A stretch of 64,000 bases of DNA from the human T2T-CHM13v2.0 reference genome, Homo sapiens, in NCBI RefSeq assembly GCF_009914755.1, contig NC_060934.1; one strand, written 5' to 3'. Made by a program: the position numbers and the translations under genes. The notes beneath the pieces are model-generated. The model saw only the letters and a program-made list of their open reading frames with translations. It was not told the origin of the DNA and made no database searches. This document shows positions 17,567 to 30,874 of this stretch, one piece after another; the stretch's first letter is position 1; each line of letters opens with the position of its first letter.

Positions 17567-17636
17567 ATTTCCATCTGAGCTGTTAGGGATAAAGACTCTG
17601 AGTCATTTCCATCTGAGTCATTAGGGATAAAGACTC
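17567..17636. repeat. 38-bp-period tandem duplication containing AP-1, GATA and NFAT-like motifs
   Basis: atttccatctgag(ctg/tca)ttagggataaagactc at 17567-17598 and 17605-17636. Confidence 0.9.
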
Positions 17637-18539
17637 AGAATTTGTGCCACCGAAAATGTGGTTATAAAGGAGGAATGGATGTACTCTACTGCAATGCTGA
17701 AATGAATTAATTATGTCCTGAGGCTCAAATCTATCTCTTTTCATCTATTTTTTTTTTTTTTTTGTATTTCACCCTCTGTACAGAGCTGAAGTGTAAACCT
17801 GTCTCTCCTTGGACACATATTGCACCCTTACCACTTCTTTTCATTTGCATCACATAGCACTTCCCAGGCAAGTTCCACTATTTTGCAGGTGGACAGAGGT
17901 TGAGAGCTTTCAGCTACAAGTGGCAGAGACCACTATGCTCGGTATTCATCTCTTTCTTTGTCCTGATGCCCTGTCACAAAGCTGGGCCTGGGTGCATTAC
18001 CTGTTTGACTGATTTGACTGAATGGATGGGTCAACTGCTCTGTGGTTTAGTAAATATAAGCCAAAGCAACTGTCCTGGAGAAAACATGACCATCAAATAG
18101 ATTAAAATGGAATGAACTCTTCTGTGTCCTATAGACTCCTTCTCCCTCCCCTTATCCTAACACAAAGACTGGGGCTGGATGGCCCAGTACACCCCACCCT
18201 CCACACACCTGTGGAGCTTGTTTCACCTGGGCAAGGTTTGGGGTCTCCACCATTGCCTCGCCCAGGCAAATAACGAGTGGGAGATGTACCAGGAATTGCT
18301 GGCCCCCTTGCCCCTGTGTGGTCACCTTAGGAAGGCTGAATTGATGATCAGGGAGGTCTGGAGGTTATATGTGAAGAGCTCAAGGCAAGGTCATCTCACC
18401 TTAACAGTTAGTAGGAGGCCATTCACGTACACGATGTAGTTGCTAAGGGACTTGTAACCACTCCCATATTCCTCCTTCAGTCAAAAGTCACCTCCCTCTT
18501 ACCCAGAAAAGTCTCAAGGCAGTGAAAATAGAGTTGAAT

Positions 18540-19217
<678 letters not shown>

Positions 19218-21443
19218 TTAAAGTGTCTGTGCAACCCTCACAGGAGAGCGGAGGACAATGACTGGGTTGAAGGAAGCTCCTAAATCAAGGAGGGCAATGG
19301 TGCGAGGGAAGGAGCATGCTTCATTGATCCCATGCCATTGAGATCTGGAGTTGAATCCAGTGCCGACTAAGCCCTGACTTCTTGATACCACTCACACAGT
19401 GGAATAATGAGATGGCGGTTTGACTCATCAGCTGTCTAGAAAGCCTTATCACATCCTAAAGTAGAAACACCACTTAGTAAGGTGGGCTTCAAACAAAGGG
19501 GATCTTCTGGCCTCAGGACACTCCTGGGGAAATGTGGGGTGAGAGAGCAGGGCATGGGACCCAGGGCCCTCGGCATCAGTACAGGAATTCAGGGAAGGTG
19601 AAAGCTTCGTCCTATGGGAACTGGTGTGGCCTGGGTTTTTCTTCCAATTGCTTCGGAAGGAAATGCTGGAGCCTCAGGGAAAAGGTCACCCAGGCAGTAG
19701 GTCAGTGCTCCCACCTGAGGGAAGACAGGAGCTGGGGTGGGGACAGGGAAAGAGTTTTCAGTGGCATTGGAGTCTTTGCTTCTTGAGGCCAAGTTCTCCC
19801 CTGGAAGCCAGGGATGGGTGGAAAAGCAGTCACCGTTGGCAAGGAAGTGTGGGAGGCCTGGGTGTGTCCCAGGAGGACAGGACACTGGGAGAGATTGTCC
19901 TTGGAGGGGCGTGGCTGAGGCCACTGCTGCTCTTCAGGCTGATGCATGGTGGAGGAAGGCCCCTGGAGGAGAAGAAACAAGGCCAAGGCCAGTGAAAGGC
20001 AGGCAGGAGCCAAGACCTGTCCTACCTACTTTAGGAAGCTTCCTGGGGGGGAGGAGACTGGGTGCAAGAAGGGGAGACTGGGTACAAAAGCTTGAGCTCA
20101 TTTCTGTTTCTTGCAACTTAAAAACAAGCTGTGTTTCTACCCACAGTGGAGTCTGGTGTTCCCGTCCCAGGTCTGTGCCCATGAGAAGGGACAGAGAGAC
20201 TGAGGGAGAGTGGCCTCCGCTGGTGGGGTCCCGGGGCAGGGCGGGGCTGACAGCTGCTTCTGGGTCACAAGTGATCCCAGGCCAGGTGAGAAACGAATGC
20301 AGGTGGCTTCTGGGACTTGTGAGCAATGTGGCTGGGGAGGTGCCCCGTCTCTCTTTGGGGCTCTGGGGTCTTTGTAGAGCAGTGACTGGCATTTTCCTCA
20401 TCTCACCCAAAGCTGCCTCCAGAGTGATAGAAAGAGTCCTAGCGAGTGTCCAGGTATAGGTTCCCTCTCCTTGTACCTGGACAAGGTGAGGACCATCTTT
20501 GGAGCAAGAAGCACATTCTTAAAGAACCAGCCACAAACTAGGTCAGTTTCAGGGATGGAGTGTTGCAATGCTTCCAGTGAGAGGCACATGGGTGTTGCCA
20601 CTTGGGAGAGGCGAACGGGTTCTGGAAAAATGCCCCCCACCCCACCCCCATCCCCACCCCCACTCTGCTTAACTTTCTTGTTTCATATTAGAGCTAAGCA
20701 ATGGTTCTATTTTTTTATGTAGTTTTTTTTTTTTTTTTTTTAATGAGTGAGACGGTTTTTCCCCTTGCACCTCTTTTGATTTGGTTCTCAGGAGTAGTTT
20801 GGAGTTTAGCAACAATGGCCTCTAAGCTCTGTGGATTCTGATGCCTGTGAGGCTCCTCAGATGGTGATTTAGAGTCAAGGGAAGACGCAGTGTTGGGGCT
20901 GGAAAGGGCCTCACAGATCACCCTTGACTGATGGCAGAGCTGAGACACTGAGGTTTGCCCACCGTCTGGGAACAAAGTTGCTGCCTCTATACTAAGCCGC
21001 TTCAGAGAAATGACTATAGACATCTTTCTGAAAACCCTTCAGAGAAGCAGATCCATCATTTTCTGTGACAGGGCGCTTCAGCGTTAACCATTTCTGAAGC
21101 TTAGGAAGTGGTTTTTATTTTATTTTATTTTTCGAAGAGTGTAGGGGCCTGGGGAAGAGGGTTGTTCCAACTTCTTGTTCCAATATAATTGTAGGAAGAT
21201 TTGACATTGCCATCTTTTTGGTCAAGGAGCTGGGACCTGAGAAGTGTAGCAAGGCTATGTTTTTTCAGAACCTTCCCGTTTCTTTTGGATTTGAGTCTGG
21301 TGAGTTTCAGAGCTGGTTGTAAATCAAACTTATGAACAAAATGTATAAGCATCTCTAGCTTGTAGACGTGTACCAGGCAACCTATCATCTCTTCCTGATT
21401 TGAATGCCCATTACATTTTCCCTGTATCACTTTTGTAGTATTT

Positions 21444-21725
21444 TTTTTTTTTTGAGATGGGGTCTCACTCTATCACCCCACCTGGAGTACAGTGGTACGA
21501 TCACAGCTCACTTCAGTCTTGACCTGCTGGGCTCAAGCCATCCTCTCGCCTCACCCTCCTAAGTATCTGGGATTGCAGGTTCATGCCACCATGCTGGGCT
21601 AGTTTTTGTAGAGGTGGGATTTTGCCAGGCTGCCCAGGCTGGTATTGAACTCCTGGGCTCAATCGATCCTCCCACCTCAGCCTCCCAAAGTATGAGGATT
21701 AGAGGCATGAGGCACTGAGCCTGGC
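21444..21725 (-). mobile_element. AluJ SINE
   Basis: TSD ttttgt(a/g)gtattt at 21431-21443 and 21726-21738. Confidence 0.92.
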
Positions 21726-23719
21726 TTTTGTGGTATTTCTAATACTTGTTCCCGTGCTACAGTCATTCATTTAATACATCATCGCTCCTGTACTGGATGT
21801 GAAGAGCTCTGAAGGCCTGAACTGTGTCCGGTCAATACCTTGCACTTGGTAGGTTCTTGAAACAAGATGTTGGGTCAATCACATTCCCCACTATGGCAGA
21901 GGCCATCGTTTGTAACCTGGCACCCACCAGCGATGGATGAACCTCATTTTGGAGGTCATGATTCTCTGTCATTGTTGTCTAGTTTCTTTTATATCTCTTT
22001 GCACAGAAAATGCAATTAAAAATACAAATGAATGGGTCACATTTTTAAAAGATTTTTTTTTTGGAGGGAATATTGAAAAAAAAACATGTTAATAGGTTGT
22101 CAGTGTTGAGGTATCAAGATTCCAGCCTAAGAGGACACAGGGATTGACTTACAGAAAACTTGCCCTTACTCCATGTCCCCTGAAGGGGTCCTGAATGTGT
22201 GGGGCTGGGGGATGTGGGGACAGGAAGCCTGTCTCAGGTTCAGAGGGTTAATGATATCATCCTCTCAGAGGCAAATTTCTGTGGGAGGTACTGCCCTGCA
22301 TTTAGAGAACCTGCCCATGATAGGTTTGAAATCTATTTGGGCTCAGAGGGAAGTATGACCTGTCAACATCTCCTTTCTATCGTTGTTCATCTGATTTTTT
22401 TTTTTTTTATTGTAAGCCATGAAAAAAGGATGCTTCAATGTTTCCTTTCAGGAAGAAGAACTGGAATTTGATTGTAGGAAGTGAGCCCTTTGAGCTTGCT
22501 GGCAGCCTCTGACCATGAGCTGCATTAAAAAATGCTTCCCAGGTCTAGGTCTGCATTTTTTAATGACTAAGTGGCCTTTGTCTATTTCCTTCCAAGATGG
22601 TGCCCAAAGGCTTGGGGGCTTTGAGTTGGGGAGTCAGCATTCTGACAGACAGGTCCCAGTGAGCATGCACACTGTACTGGCCACCTGGAAGGGACTTGAA
22701 GAGGACAAAACGTTCAGATCAATTTCCAAAGCTGTAGATGCTTTTGGCTTCTGCGATCTGGGTTGGTGCTTAAGGCCTGTCACTGGCCACACCTGGCCTT
22801 ACTGAGCCCATGGCTGGCCCTTCAGTGGCATGGGCCCCAAGAGTGTATCTGTTTGCTCATTTGTTTGGGGAGAGGAGGTTTGGTATGAGGGGCAGTTGGT
22901 GGAAAATAAAGAGCAAGAAGACAATTTCCATTCTATTCCTAGTGGAACAATGAATTATTTGGGAGTGAATTGATGTGGGGGAAATACCAAATATTTTTAA
23001 CTCTTAAAGCAAAAGGGATTACTGAAAGATCATTAAGTCTACCTTTATTTTGCTACACAGGAAGACATTATGAAGAAATGCCTCTTTGTGTCCGTTTGCA
23101 TTTAGAAATTCCTTGAGGTTGCCTGGAGGTTATCATTGCAGCAAGTCACAGCTGCTATGAGCTTTTTCCAGGATGTGCGCCTTTCTGCTGAGGCCTCAGT
23201 TCTGTAGTTTTGAAAGTCCTCTGTTTGTAGACAGATGCTCCATTAGTTCTTAATGCTCCTGTTAAAACTCAGAAAAAACAAAGGGACCTAATTCTTTTTG
23301 TAACAAAACACGAGCTGTTCTGATTATGATTGCTTCTATTCCTGCAAAATCACGCTGATTCTTGATAAAATGCTGCAATCACACGGTATCGTTCATTCTG
23401 TTTCTTGAAGGGCGTGCAAACGTTTACGCATGAAAGCCCACTGTGCTCTGGCGGGCTGGGTAGATGGGGAAAAGATCAGAAACAGAAGTTGTTCTGGTTT
23501 GTTGGCTGAAATGGAAAAGTCTGTGAAGTTGGATTCTCACATGCAAGATTGTAGTCACTTTTCCTTCTCATCATGTGCCCTCATTATGCAAGAGAGCATT
23601 TTCTGTAGCAGTGTCAACAAAGGAGAAATACATCAGCAGATTATGCTGTTCTGAGATGTTTTCTCAATGCTTGAGCTGGATTTGCTCGTAAGCACCTCCA
23701 GTTCTCTCTCCTGCTACAG

Positions 23720-23960
23720 GAACTAGTAAATCCAACAAACATTTGTCCGGTTCCAGATTGCACACAGCCAGTGCTGTATAAGGGCACGGGGAGAGACAAA
23801 GTGGGTTAGATCTAGTCCAATCCCCCTGGGTGCCTCTTAGGAAGTAAGATTCTCACACGAGAAGACTAAAATGGTCACAGAAAGGACAGAGTCACTATAT
23901 ATACTGAGGACCCAGTGGATGACACAGACAGACTGCTGTCAGAATTCAGAGAAAGCAAAA
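23720..23960 (-). mobile_element. L2 fragment
   Basis: atccaacaaacattt followed by typical antisense L2 3' sequence. Confidence 0.45.
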
Positions 23961-24549
23961 CTGCAACACCGTAGGACTGATTGTCCCAGAAGCCTTGGTT
24001 CTGGAGGAAAGAAGCCCACCCTTTAGCTGGAGGTGTAATATTTTCTTTCACTTCTTTCTCTTCTCTGAGTTCATAAACATATACGAGGATCTGGGTTGTA
24101 ACTTGCCTTTAACTTGCAGTGTATGCTAGAAAATGGAAGTGCTTACCTTGACCTCTCTTGAGTAAATGCTGCCTTAGCTAGAAAATAGATGTTTTCTTAG
24201 CGATTGCTAGGGATATGTAAAAAATTGCCATGGAAAATCAGTGTTCTCAAGCATCAAAGTCAGCCAGGAGGGTTATAAACAGAGTATGGAGACTGCAGGC
24301 CTCTACTTCTGTCTCTGTCCCAGACTGGCAGTTTTATTTTAAGCAAATGGTCATCTTTGAACAACAAGAATGACAATGATGACAATAATGACGAAAGTCT
24401 AAATAAAAGAATATCTTGTCGATTGTTGTAAGGATGGGAAACAACTATGATCCTATTATCCTCAAAGAACTTCTAGGTTCTTTCCTGTTGGGTTCTCCAA
24501 CTTTACCAGTCGTTTTTTTCCTGTCAATCATTTGTGTTTGTAAAAGGCA

Positions 24550-24875
24550 GAGGGCTTTGGAATGAGACAGTTAGGATTTGTAATTTGGCTCTGTCACTTA
24601 GTAACTGTGAACTTGGGTGAGTCACTCACCATCTGGGAGCCTCAGTTTCCCCATCCAGACATGATGGTAATATGTCTACTTCTTTTTTTTTTTGAAATGG
24701 AGTCTCACTCTGTCGCCCAGGCTGGAGTGCAGTGGAGCGATCTTGGCTCACTGCAAGCTCCGCCGCCCGGCCTGGTAATATGCCTACTTCTTCGGATTGC
24801 TGGAAGATTAACTGAGATTGATCCTTGTGAAATGCATAGCAGAGAACTGGCATGTGCTAAGGACTCAATAATAGC
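24550..24875 (+). mobile_element. MIR interrupted by a collapsed AluY
   Basis: ggctctgtcacttagtaactgtgaacttgggtgagtcactc...gagcctcagtttccccatc. Confidence 0.8.
24685..24772 (-). mobile_element. AluY-type element with ~200-bp internal deletion and intact 20-bp TSD
   Basis: Tail and 3' end (ctgcaagctccgcc) are fused to the 5' terminus (gcccggcc); TSD tggtaatatg(t/c)ctacttctt at 24665-24684 and 24773-24792. Confidence 0.9.
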
Positions 24876-25359
24876 ATCTCTTGTTATGCTTTAAGGATCT
24901 GTTTCATGGCTGTGACCAACTTCAGGGGATCCACACAGGTGGGCTGCTGTCCTGAAGAAAAGTGGGAGTGTGCTTCCCCCACTCTGCAAGGTTGGGGCAG
25001 CCCTGGCCTGCAAGAGTGGCTCGAGGGGTGTCAGTCCCATCTGCTTTAGATGCCCTCCTTGTTGGTGTTTGGATATTGGTCACACTGATTTCATGCTGCA
25101 CCTGGGGTGCTTGGTTTATCTGATCTACCAGATGATGTTTGGCTGCAGAAAGGACACAGCCAGAGCCAGGCACAGCAAAGAATCAGCGGTGATAAATCTG
25201 GACAATTGAAGGTGTTGGAATTGGGCAGTTGGGCCTCATCCCATGCCGTCCTACCTCCCTCTTCTTTGAGATGTTTGGCTTAGTACTCCCAAGGGAGAAA
25301 TGGGGACTGAAGCCTTGCAACGAGGGGTGGAGATGAAATGCCTAAGTGCACACAGGCAA

Positions 25360-25565
25360 TGCGGCTGGAACTTCTGTGCCCCTCCTGGCTCCATCACTTC
25401 CCAGTTAGGCCATCCTGAGCCTGTTATCTCACCTCTTTGTGCCCTGGTTTGCTCATCTCTAAAATGAGGAGAAGAATCATACCTACTTCATTAGGTTGCT
25501 ATTGGATTAAAGGACTTAATATACACAAAGCAATAAGCAGTTTCCAGCATATAATAAATAAATGT
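25360..25565 (+). mobile_element. MIR
   Basis: gctcatctctaaaatgaggagaagaatcatacctacttcattaggttgctattggattaaa. Confidence 0.75.
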
Positions 25566-26259
25566 TAACGCACTGATGCTCAATACATGTTAACTATTTT
25601 AATTCATCATCCAACTCACTTAGATTCGAGTGGAATTACAGTCAGTTCCCCGAGGAAGGTAGGTTGTTTTCTGTCCCCGTGGCCCTTGGTTATTACGAAC
25701 TTTAATAAGGATACTATTCCCTCCCCTTGTACTAGATTTTCCTCTGTCATTACAGCTTCCTGCCACTGACATACCTTTGCTGTGATTAGTAGGTGTAGGA
25801 AAAATGTTGTGGTCTGGTCTATGTCGTGAAAATATTTGCGGGAGGCCCCTTTGATTAGCTTTGTTACTGCTTTTAATGCCCAGCACATGGGCAGTCACAC
25901 GTGTTTGGAAAGAGGACATATTGCTTTTCAAGACAGATGATCAAAAACTAGCTTTCATTCAATTGTGGAGTCAAGGAATTCCAGCAAACGTTCCTAAGAA
26001 CAGCCACCAGATATTTGCTGGTATTCTCCCTGTGACCGTCAACGTTCTTTATAATTTTTCCCTGCTCTATACATTCTACCCTGGGTCTCTCAATGATGCA
26101 GATATAAAATGACATCTGAATTTTAATATTTTTGATTTTATTTTTATCAAAGTTGCACATGTACATAGTTTAGAGAGTCAGATTATGAAGCTTATTATGA
26201 AAAATGGCAATCCCTTGCCCAAAACCCTCCTACACTTTCCTAATCTCCAGAGAATATCA

Positions 26260-26372
26260 CTTTTTTTTTTTTTTTATGAAGTCTCACTATGTTGTCCAGG
26301 CTGGTCTTGAACTCTGGGGCTCAAGGGAAACTCCTGCCTCAGCCTCCTGAGTAGCTGGGACTGCAGGCATGC
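26260..26372 (-). mobile_element. FLAM-type monomer
   Basis: Single monomer with poly(T), within old L1M-like sequence. Confidence 0.8.
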
Positions 26373-26743
26373 TTTTCAACAATTTTAATTGTTCCTTTGG
26401 TATTAACCTCCGTTATCACTAAGTAACATGTTTTGAATGCTATTTCTTGAATTTCACCATTAGGCATTTTCTATTTTCTTTCCAATGCTGGAGATGAAAC
26501 TTTCTTTCTCTTTCACCAGATCTGCCCCTCAGCTACCTCTGATTACCTCTCAACATTCACTCCCCTCTCCCCATTCTCCCACTACAGTTATGTAGTAAAT
26601 GTGGTCATGCTGTTTTACGTGAGTGTTAATCACAACCAAGACTTTTAAAATACTATGATTATCCTGTTTTCTTACAAAATGTTTTCACTTTCTTGGAGTT
26701 AATAATTGTCTTATTTTTATTTAGTTTTTTAAAATAATGATCA

Positions 26744-27062
<319 letters not shown>

Positions 27063-27559
27063 AGCCCTGAAACATCTGCTTGTTTTAATCTCTGCTCCAT
27101 GTGTTCACATTCATCTGGTGTGCAATAAATTTATGTTTTGGAAAGCTCTTTGCTTGTGATTGACAACCTGGTGATTGCTCTCTGGCCCTGAAATTTTCCT
27201 TCCCCTCATCCTAAAGATACTCTTTGGCCCTTTAGGGGGTTGGAGCCCTGTTTCCTGGTCGCTGTGTCTTCATGTCTTCCCCCTCCTTTCCTCACTTCAC
27301 TTGCTGGAGAATCTCCTCTGGCTTTCTGTTTTCTCCCTTCAGTATTTTAGTATCTTGTCTTTGTCTCCAGTGATTAAAGCTTCACAAAGCTCTACCTTGC
27401 TGTGGGTCTCTTTTCATTCATTCTCTGGGGGCACTCAAGCTTTTATAATCTGGAAACCCACGTGCTTAAATTCTGGGAAAATTTCTTGAATAATGTATTT
27501 GATAATCTCACTCCACCTTTCTTTTTTCTTTGTGTTGGAATTCTAAAACAGATCTCTAA

Positions 27560-27635
27560 TTTTTTTTTTCTGCCCAGGATGGAGTACAGTGGTGCAATTA
27601 TAGCTCACTGCAGCCTCGGCCTCCTGGGCTCAAGG
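27560..27635 (-). mobile_element. Alu 3' fragment
   Basis: tgcccaggatggagtacagtggtgcaattatagctcactgcagcctc. Confidence 0.8.
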
Positions 27636-28208
27636 GAGGCTTGCACGACCCTTGGTGCTAACTGTAGCTACTATCTAAGCAATCTCTGCAAGTTGACTGG
27701 TCTTCAAGAGATGAACGTTCCATGCAGTAGAGGGGTGGAAATGGTCCCTCTTCTCTTAACCTTTTCCCCTAACCTATCAATTCAAGCTTCTGCAAATTCA
27801 ACAAGCAGTTGGAGATGGTGGGAGATCCTAGACAATGTTTCTCTTTATAATACCCATATTGCCCAAATCTCTTAAACTTTCCAAAGATAGTACTTACTGA
27901 AAGCCGGTTTTCACCTTAAAATCTTAGATCTGGAAGTGTTTATAAAAATGGTTTAGTTCATGTTTCTAGATGAATATACAAAGGCCAAAGCTGTGAACTG
28001 GCTCACCCAAGGTCACACAGGCAATTTGAGGGACAAGACCTTGATTCTAGCCACAAATGGAAAAGAAGCAGTTTTATCTACTTTTAAGGACAGTTTGGCC
28101 AATCATCGACTGTTTGGAATCTTTATGAGTGCATAGGTCCTTCTGTTTCTTTCTGTGGCTAGGGAGGTGGAGAGCTGTTTATTTTTAGTTTAAAAAAGTG
28201 ATGATGTA

Positions 28209-28510
28209 GGCCAGGCACAGTGGCTCATGCCTGTAATTCCAGCACTTTGGGAGGTCAAGGTGCCAAGGTGGGAGGATTGCTGGAGCTCAGGAGTTCGAGA
28301 CCAGCCTGGGCAACATAGTGAGACTCTTTCTCTACTAAAAATAAAAAAAATTAGTGTGGTATGGTGACACATGCCTGTGGTCCCAGCTACTTGGGAGGTT
28401 GAAGCAAGAAGATCACTTGAGCCCAGGAGTTCGAGGCTGCAGTGAGCTATGATCTTGCCGCTGCACTTCAGCGTGGGTGACAGAGCAAGACCTTGTCTCA
28501 AAAAGGTGGA
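28209..28510 (+). mobile_element. AluJ SINE
   Basis: Forward dimer with a small internal duplication (caaggtg twice). Confidence 0.9.
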
Positions 28511-28574
28511 AATAAAAATAAGAAAAGCAAAGATGTGAATAGAATATAAAATTACATATAAAAGTTGCATCCAA

Positions 28575-28720
28575 GGCCAGGTGCAGTGGCTCACGCCTGT
28601 AATCTCAGCACTTGGGAGACTGAGATGGGATGATTGCTTGAGCCTGGGAGTTTGAGACCTGCCTAGGCAACAGAGCAAGGCCTCATTTCAATTTTTTTAA
28701 AAAATGAAAAAATAAAAAAA
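28575..28720 (+). mobile_element. FLAM/left Alu monomer
   Basis: Monomer followed by an A-rich tail. Confidence 0.8.
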
Positions 28721-28999
28721 GAATTGAAATTTTGTAACAAAGAAAAAATACATAGAAAATAATGAGAAGTAAGTGAGAGAGAGAGAGAGGCTTTTCTAGC
28801 CAACTTTCAGCTTACATCCATATGATCAAGGCACATCTCCTTGGGAGCCAGGTTCAGAGGACAGCAGTTGTACTTAGTATCATGAGTAGCAGTCGCTCAA
28901 ATGTGGAAACCATAAAGAAGATCCTTAGCTGGAAAACTCTGATTTTCAGATGAAAACCATTGCTGCCTTCATTCTGCTTCAGCTAGGTGCCTTAGCGTG

Positions 29000-29620
29000 C
29001 CCGCTGATGTTGAGGAGGGGACAAAAGCCCTCCCTGGCCACCTTCTGAGGCAGCAGAGGTGCCTGCAAGATGGTAGCTTTCCTCTTATGGTTTACGATCC
29101 TCCTTCTTCCTACCTGGGGCCAGCGAGCAGGCTAAAGAACGAAAATGAGCGGAATAGTCAGATGCACGTTGATCCGGGGTCTGAAGCAATCTGCAGCCTC
29201 AGAGCTATGGCAAAATGCAGAGCGTTTGACTGAAGTACTTCGTGCAGTTGGTTGGCCAAACAACCAATGTGGTTGGGAAAAGAAGCTAAATTTGATGGAC
29301 TTGATCAATTCATAAAACTGGTTCGAGCATGTGGGGGCACAGCCCTCACCTCGCTGTTTCTCGCATCTCTAACTGCACTTATCAGCAGGGATGGCTTTGA
29401 TTTGCATAATATAAGAAAAAAGCAGCTCAATAAAAATGCACTTGGTTCTGTGTCTTTACATGAGTGACTAACAAATCAGCACAAGGGAAGCTTTTGCAAA
29501 TGAGAGATTAAATTTCCTTGTTTATGTTGGAAATCTCCCTCCGTCTCTGTCAGCAGATGTGCTATAACATTCTTTCCGTGCTGGGCAGTTTTCAGTCCGT
29601 TTGTTATTTTTATTTCTTTT
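29000..29620. promoter_or_regulatory. Candidate conserved non-coding enhancer
   Basis: Unique sequence with many retained CpGs, octamer ATTTGCAT 29400-29407 and GATA site CTTATCA 29378-29384. Confidence 0.35.
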
Positions 29621-29730
29621 GTTCTTGCTATTAGCCTTCAGAGTGACCGTCTCTCTGGGGTAGATAGAAACTCTTGTCTGGGCTTAGGGAAGCCTTCCTG
29701 GGGGGCGGAGGGTGGGGGTGGAATGGAGAG

Positions 29731-29922
29731 AGGATTGGCAGACAACCTACAGGATGTTCAGTGCCATTTGAATTTCAAATAAATACGTGGAGTTTATTTA
29801 TTTTTTTAAGCATAAGTATGTCCCAAACATTGCATGGGATGTACTTATACTAAAAAAAGTACCCTTGTTTATCTGAAATTCAAATGGGACTGAGTGCCCT
29901 GTGTTTTTATTTGTTAAATTCA
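29731..29922. mobile_element. MER53 palindromic hAT MITE (source family of miR-1302)
   Basis: Outer arms atttgaatttcaaataaa / tttatctgaaattcaaat; inner hairpin cataagtatgtccca-aacattgca-tgggatgtacttata. Confidence 0.85.
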
Positions 29923-30050
29923 GGGAGACACAGAGCCCCTTTGGTGAGGGGAGGAAGGGCCTGTGGGGCTGAGACATTTCCAGGGCTGTAGGGTGGGAGC
30001 TGCTCTTCCCACTATCTTTTTCTTTCCCTAGACAGAAAGAAGACTAGGAT

Positions 30051-30200
30051 TTTTTTTAATTAAATTATTTTTTAAAATTTTTTGTGGGAACAGGGTCTTG
30101 CTGTGGCTCAGGCTGCTCCCAAACTCTTGGCTTCAAGAGATCCTCTCACCTTGCCCTCCCAAAGTTTTAGGATTACAGGCATGAGCCACTGCACCTGGCC
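30051..30200 (-). mobile_element. FLAM monomer
   Basis: Left monomer, reverse strand. Confidence 0.8.
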
Positions 30201-30390
30201 TTAGGCTAGGTTTTAACTCAAAGCTGGCACTTACTTGTTTTAGGGACCACGGTGAGGACAGTGAGTCATTGCCTTGGGCACAAACCCAGTAACAGAGATA
30301 AATAATATTTGAATGCAACGTAAGAGAAACTGTAAAATGAACGCTTCTGTCTTTATTTAAAAATTTCATAATTTGTTCATCATTAATCTT

Positions 30391-30545
30391 TGGTGTGGTG
30401 GCATGCACGTGTAATCCTAGCTATTTGTGAGTCTGAGGCGGGAAGATTGCTTGAGTCCAGGAGTTCAAGGTTGTAGTGAGCTATGATTGTGCCACTGAAC
30501 TCCGGACTGGGCAACAGAGTAAGATCCCGACTCAAAAAAAAAAAA
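30391..30545 (+). mobile_element. FRAM/right Alu monomer
   Basis: Right monomer with poly(A). Confidence 0.8.
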
Positions 30546-30811
30546 TGCTCCAATGTTATGTTAGTCGATTGTTGTATCGACATTTTTTAGCAATACAAAT
30601 ACTTGGAATCTTTAGTGTGATAGTTTTGTTTGTACTTGTGTTCCGTGATATTTAGAAATCCTAGATAGCTATGGTTTGTGCATTCAACTCATGGTTGGTG
30701 CATGCAAACCCAGTGTTTTAGACTTGCCACATGGAGTAAATGGAGCCAAATGTCAGTCAGTTATATCACCCATTTGGCTGAGAAAGACATGCGCTGTTTA
30801 CATAATAATCT

Positions 30812-30874
30812 GTGTACACACATATGCACGTGTGCACGCGTGTGCGCACGCGCGTGCGTGCACACACACACACA

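Noticed and set aside
19737-20459. Longest ORF (240 aa) and overlapping antisense ORFs
   Set aside because: No recognisable domain, non-ATG start, and GC-rich sequence open in several frames; likely chance.
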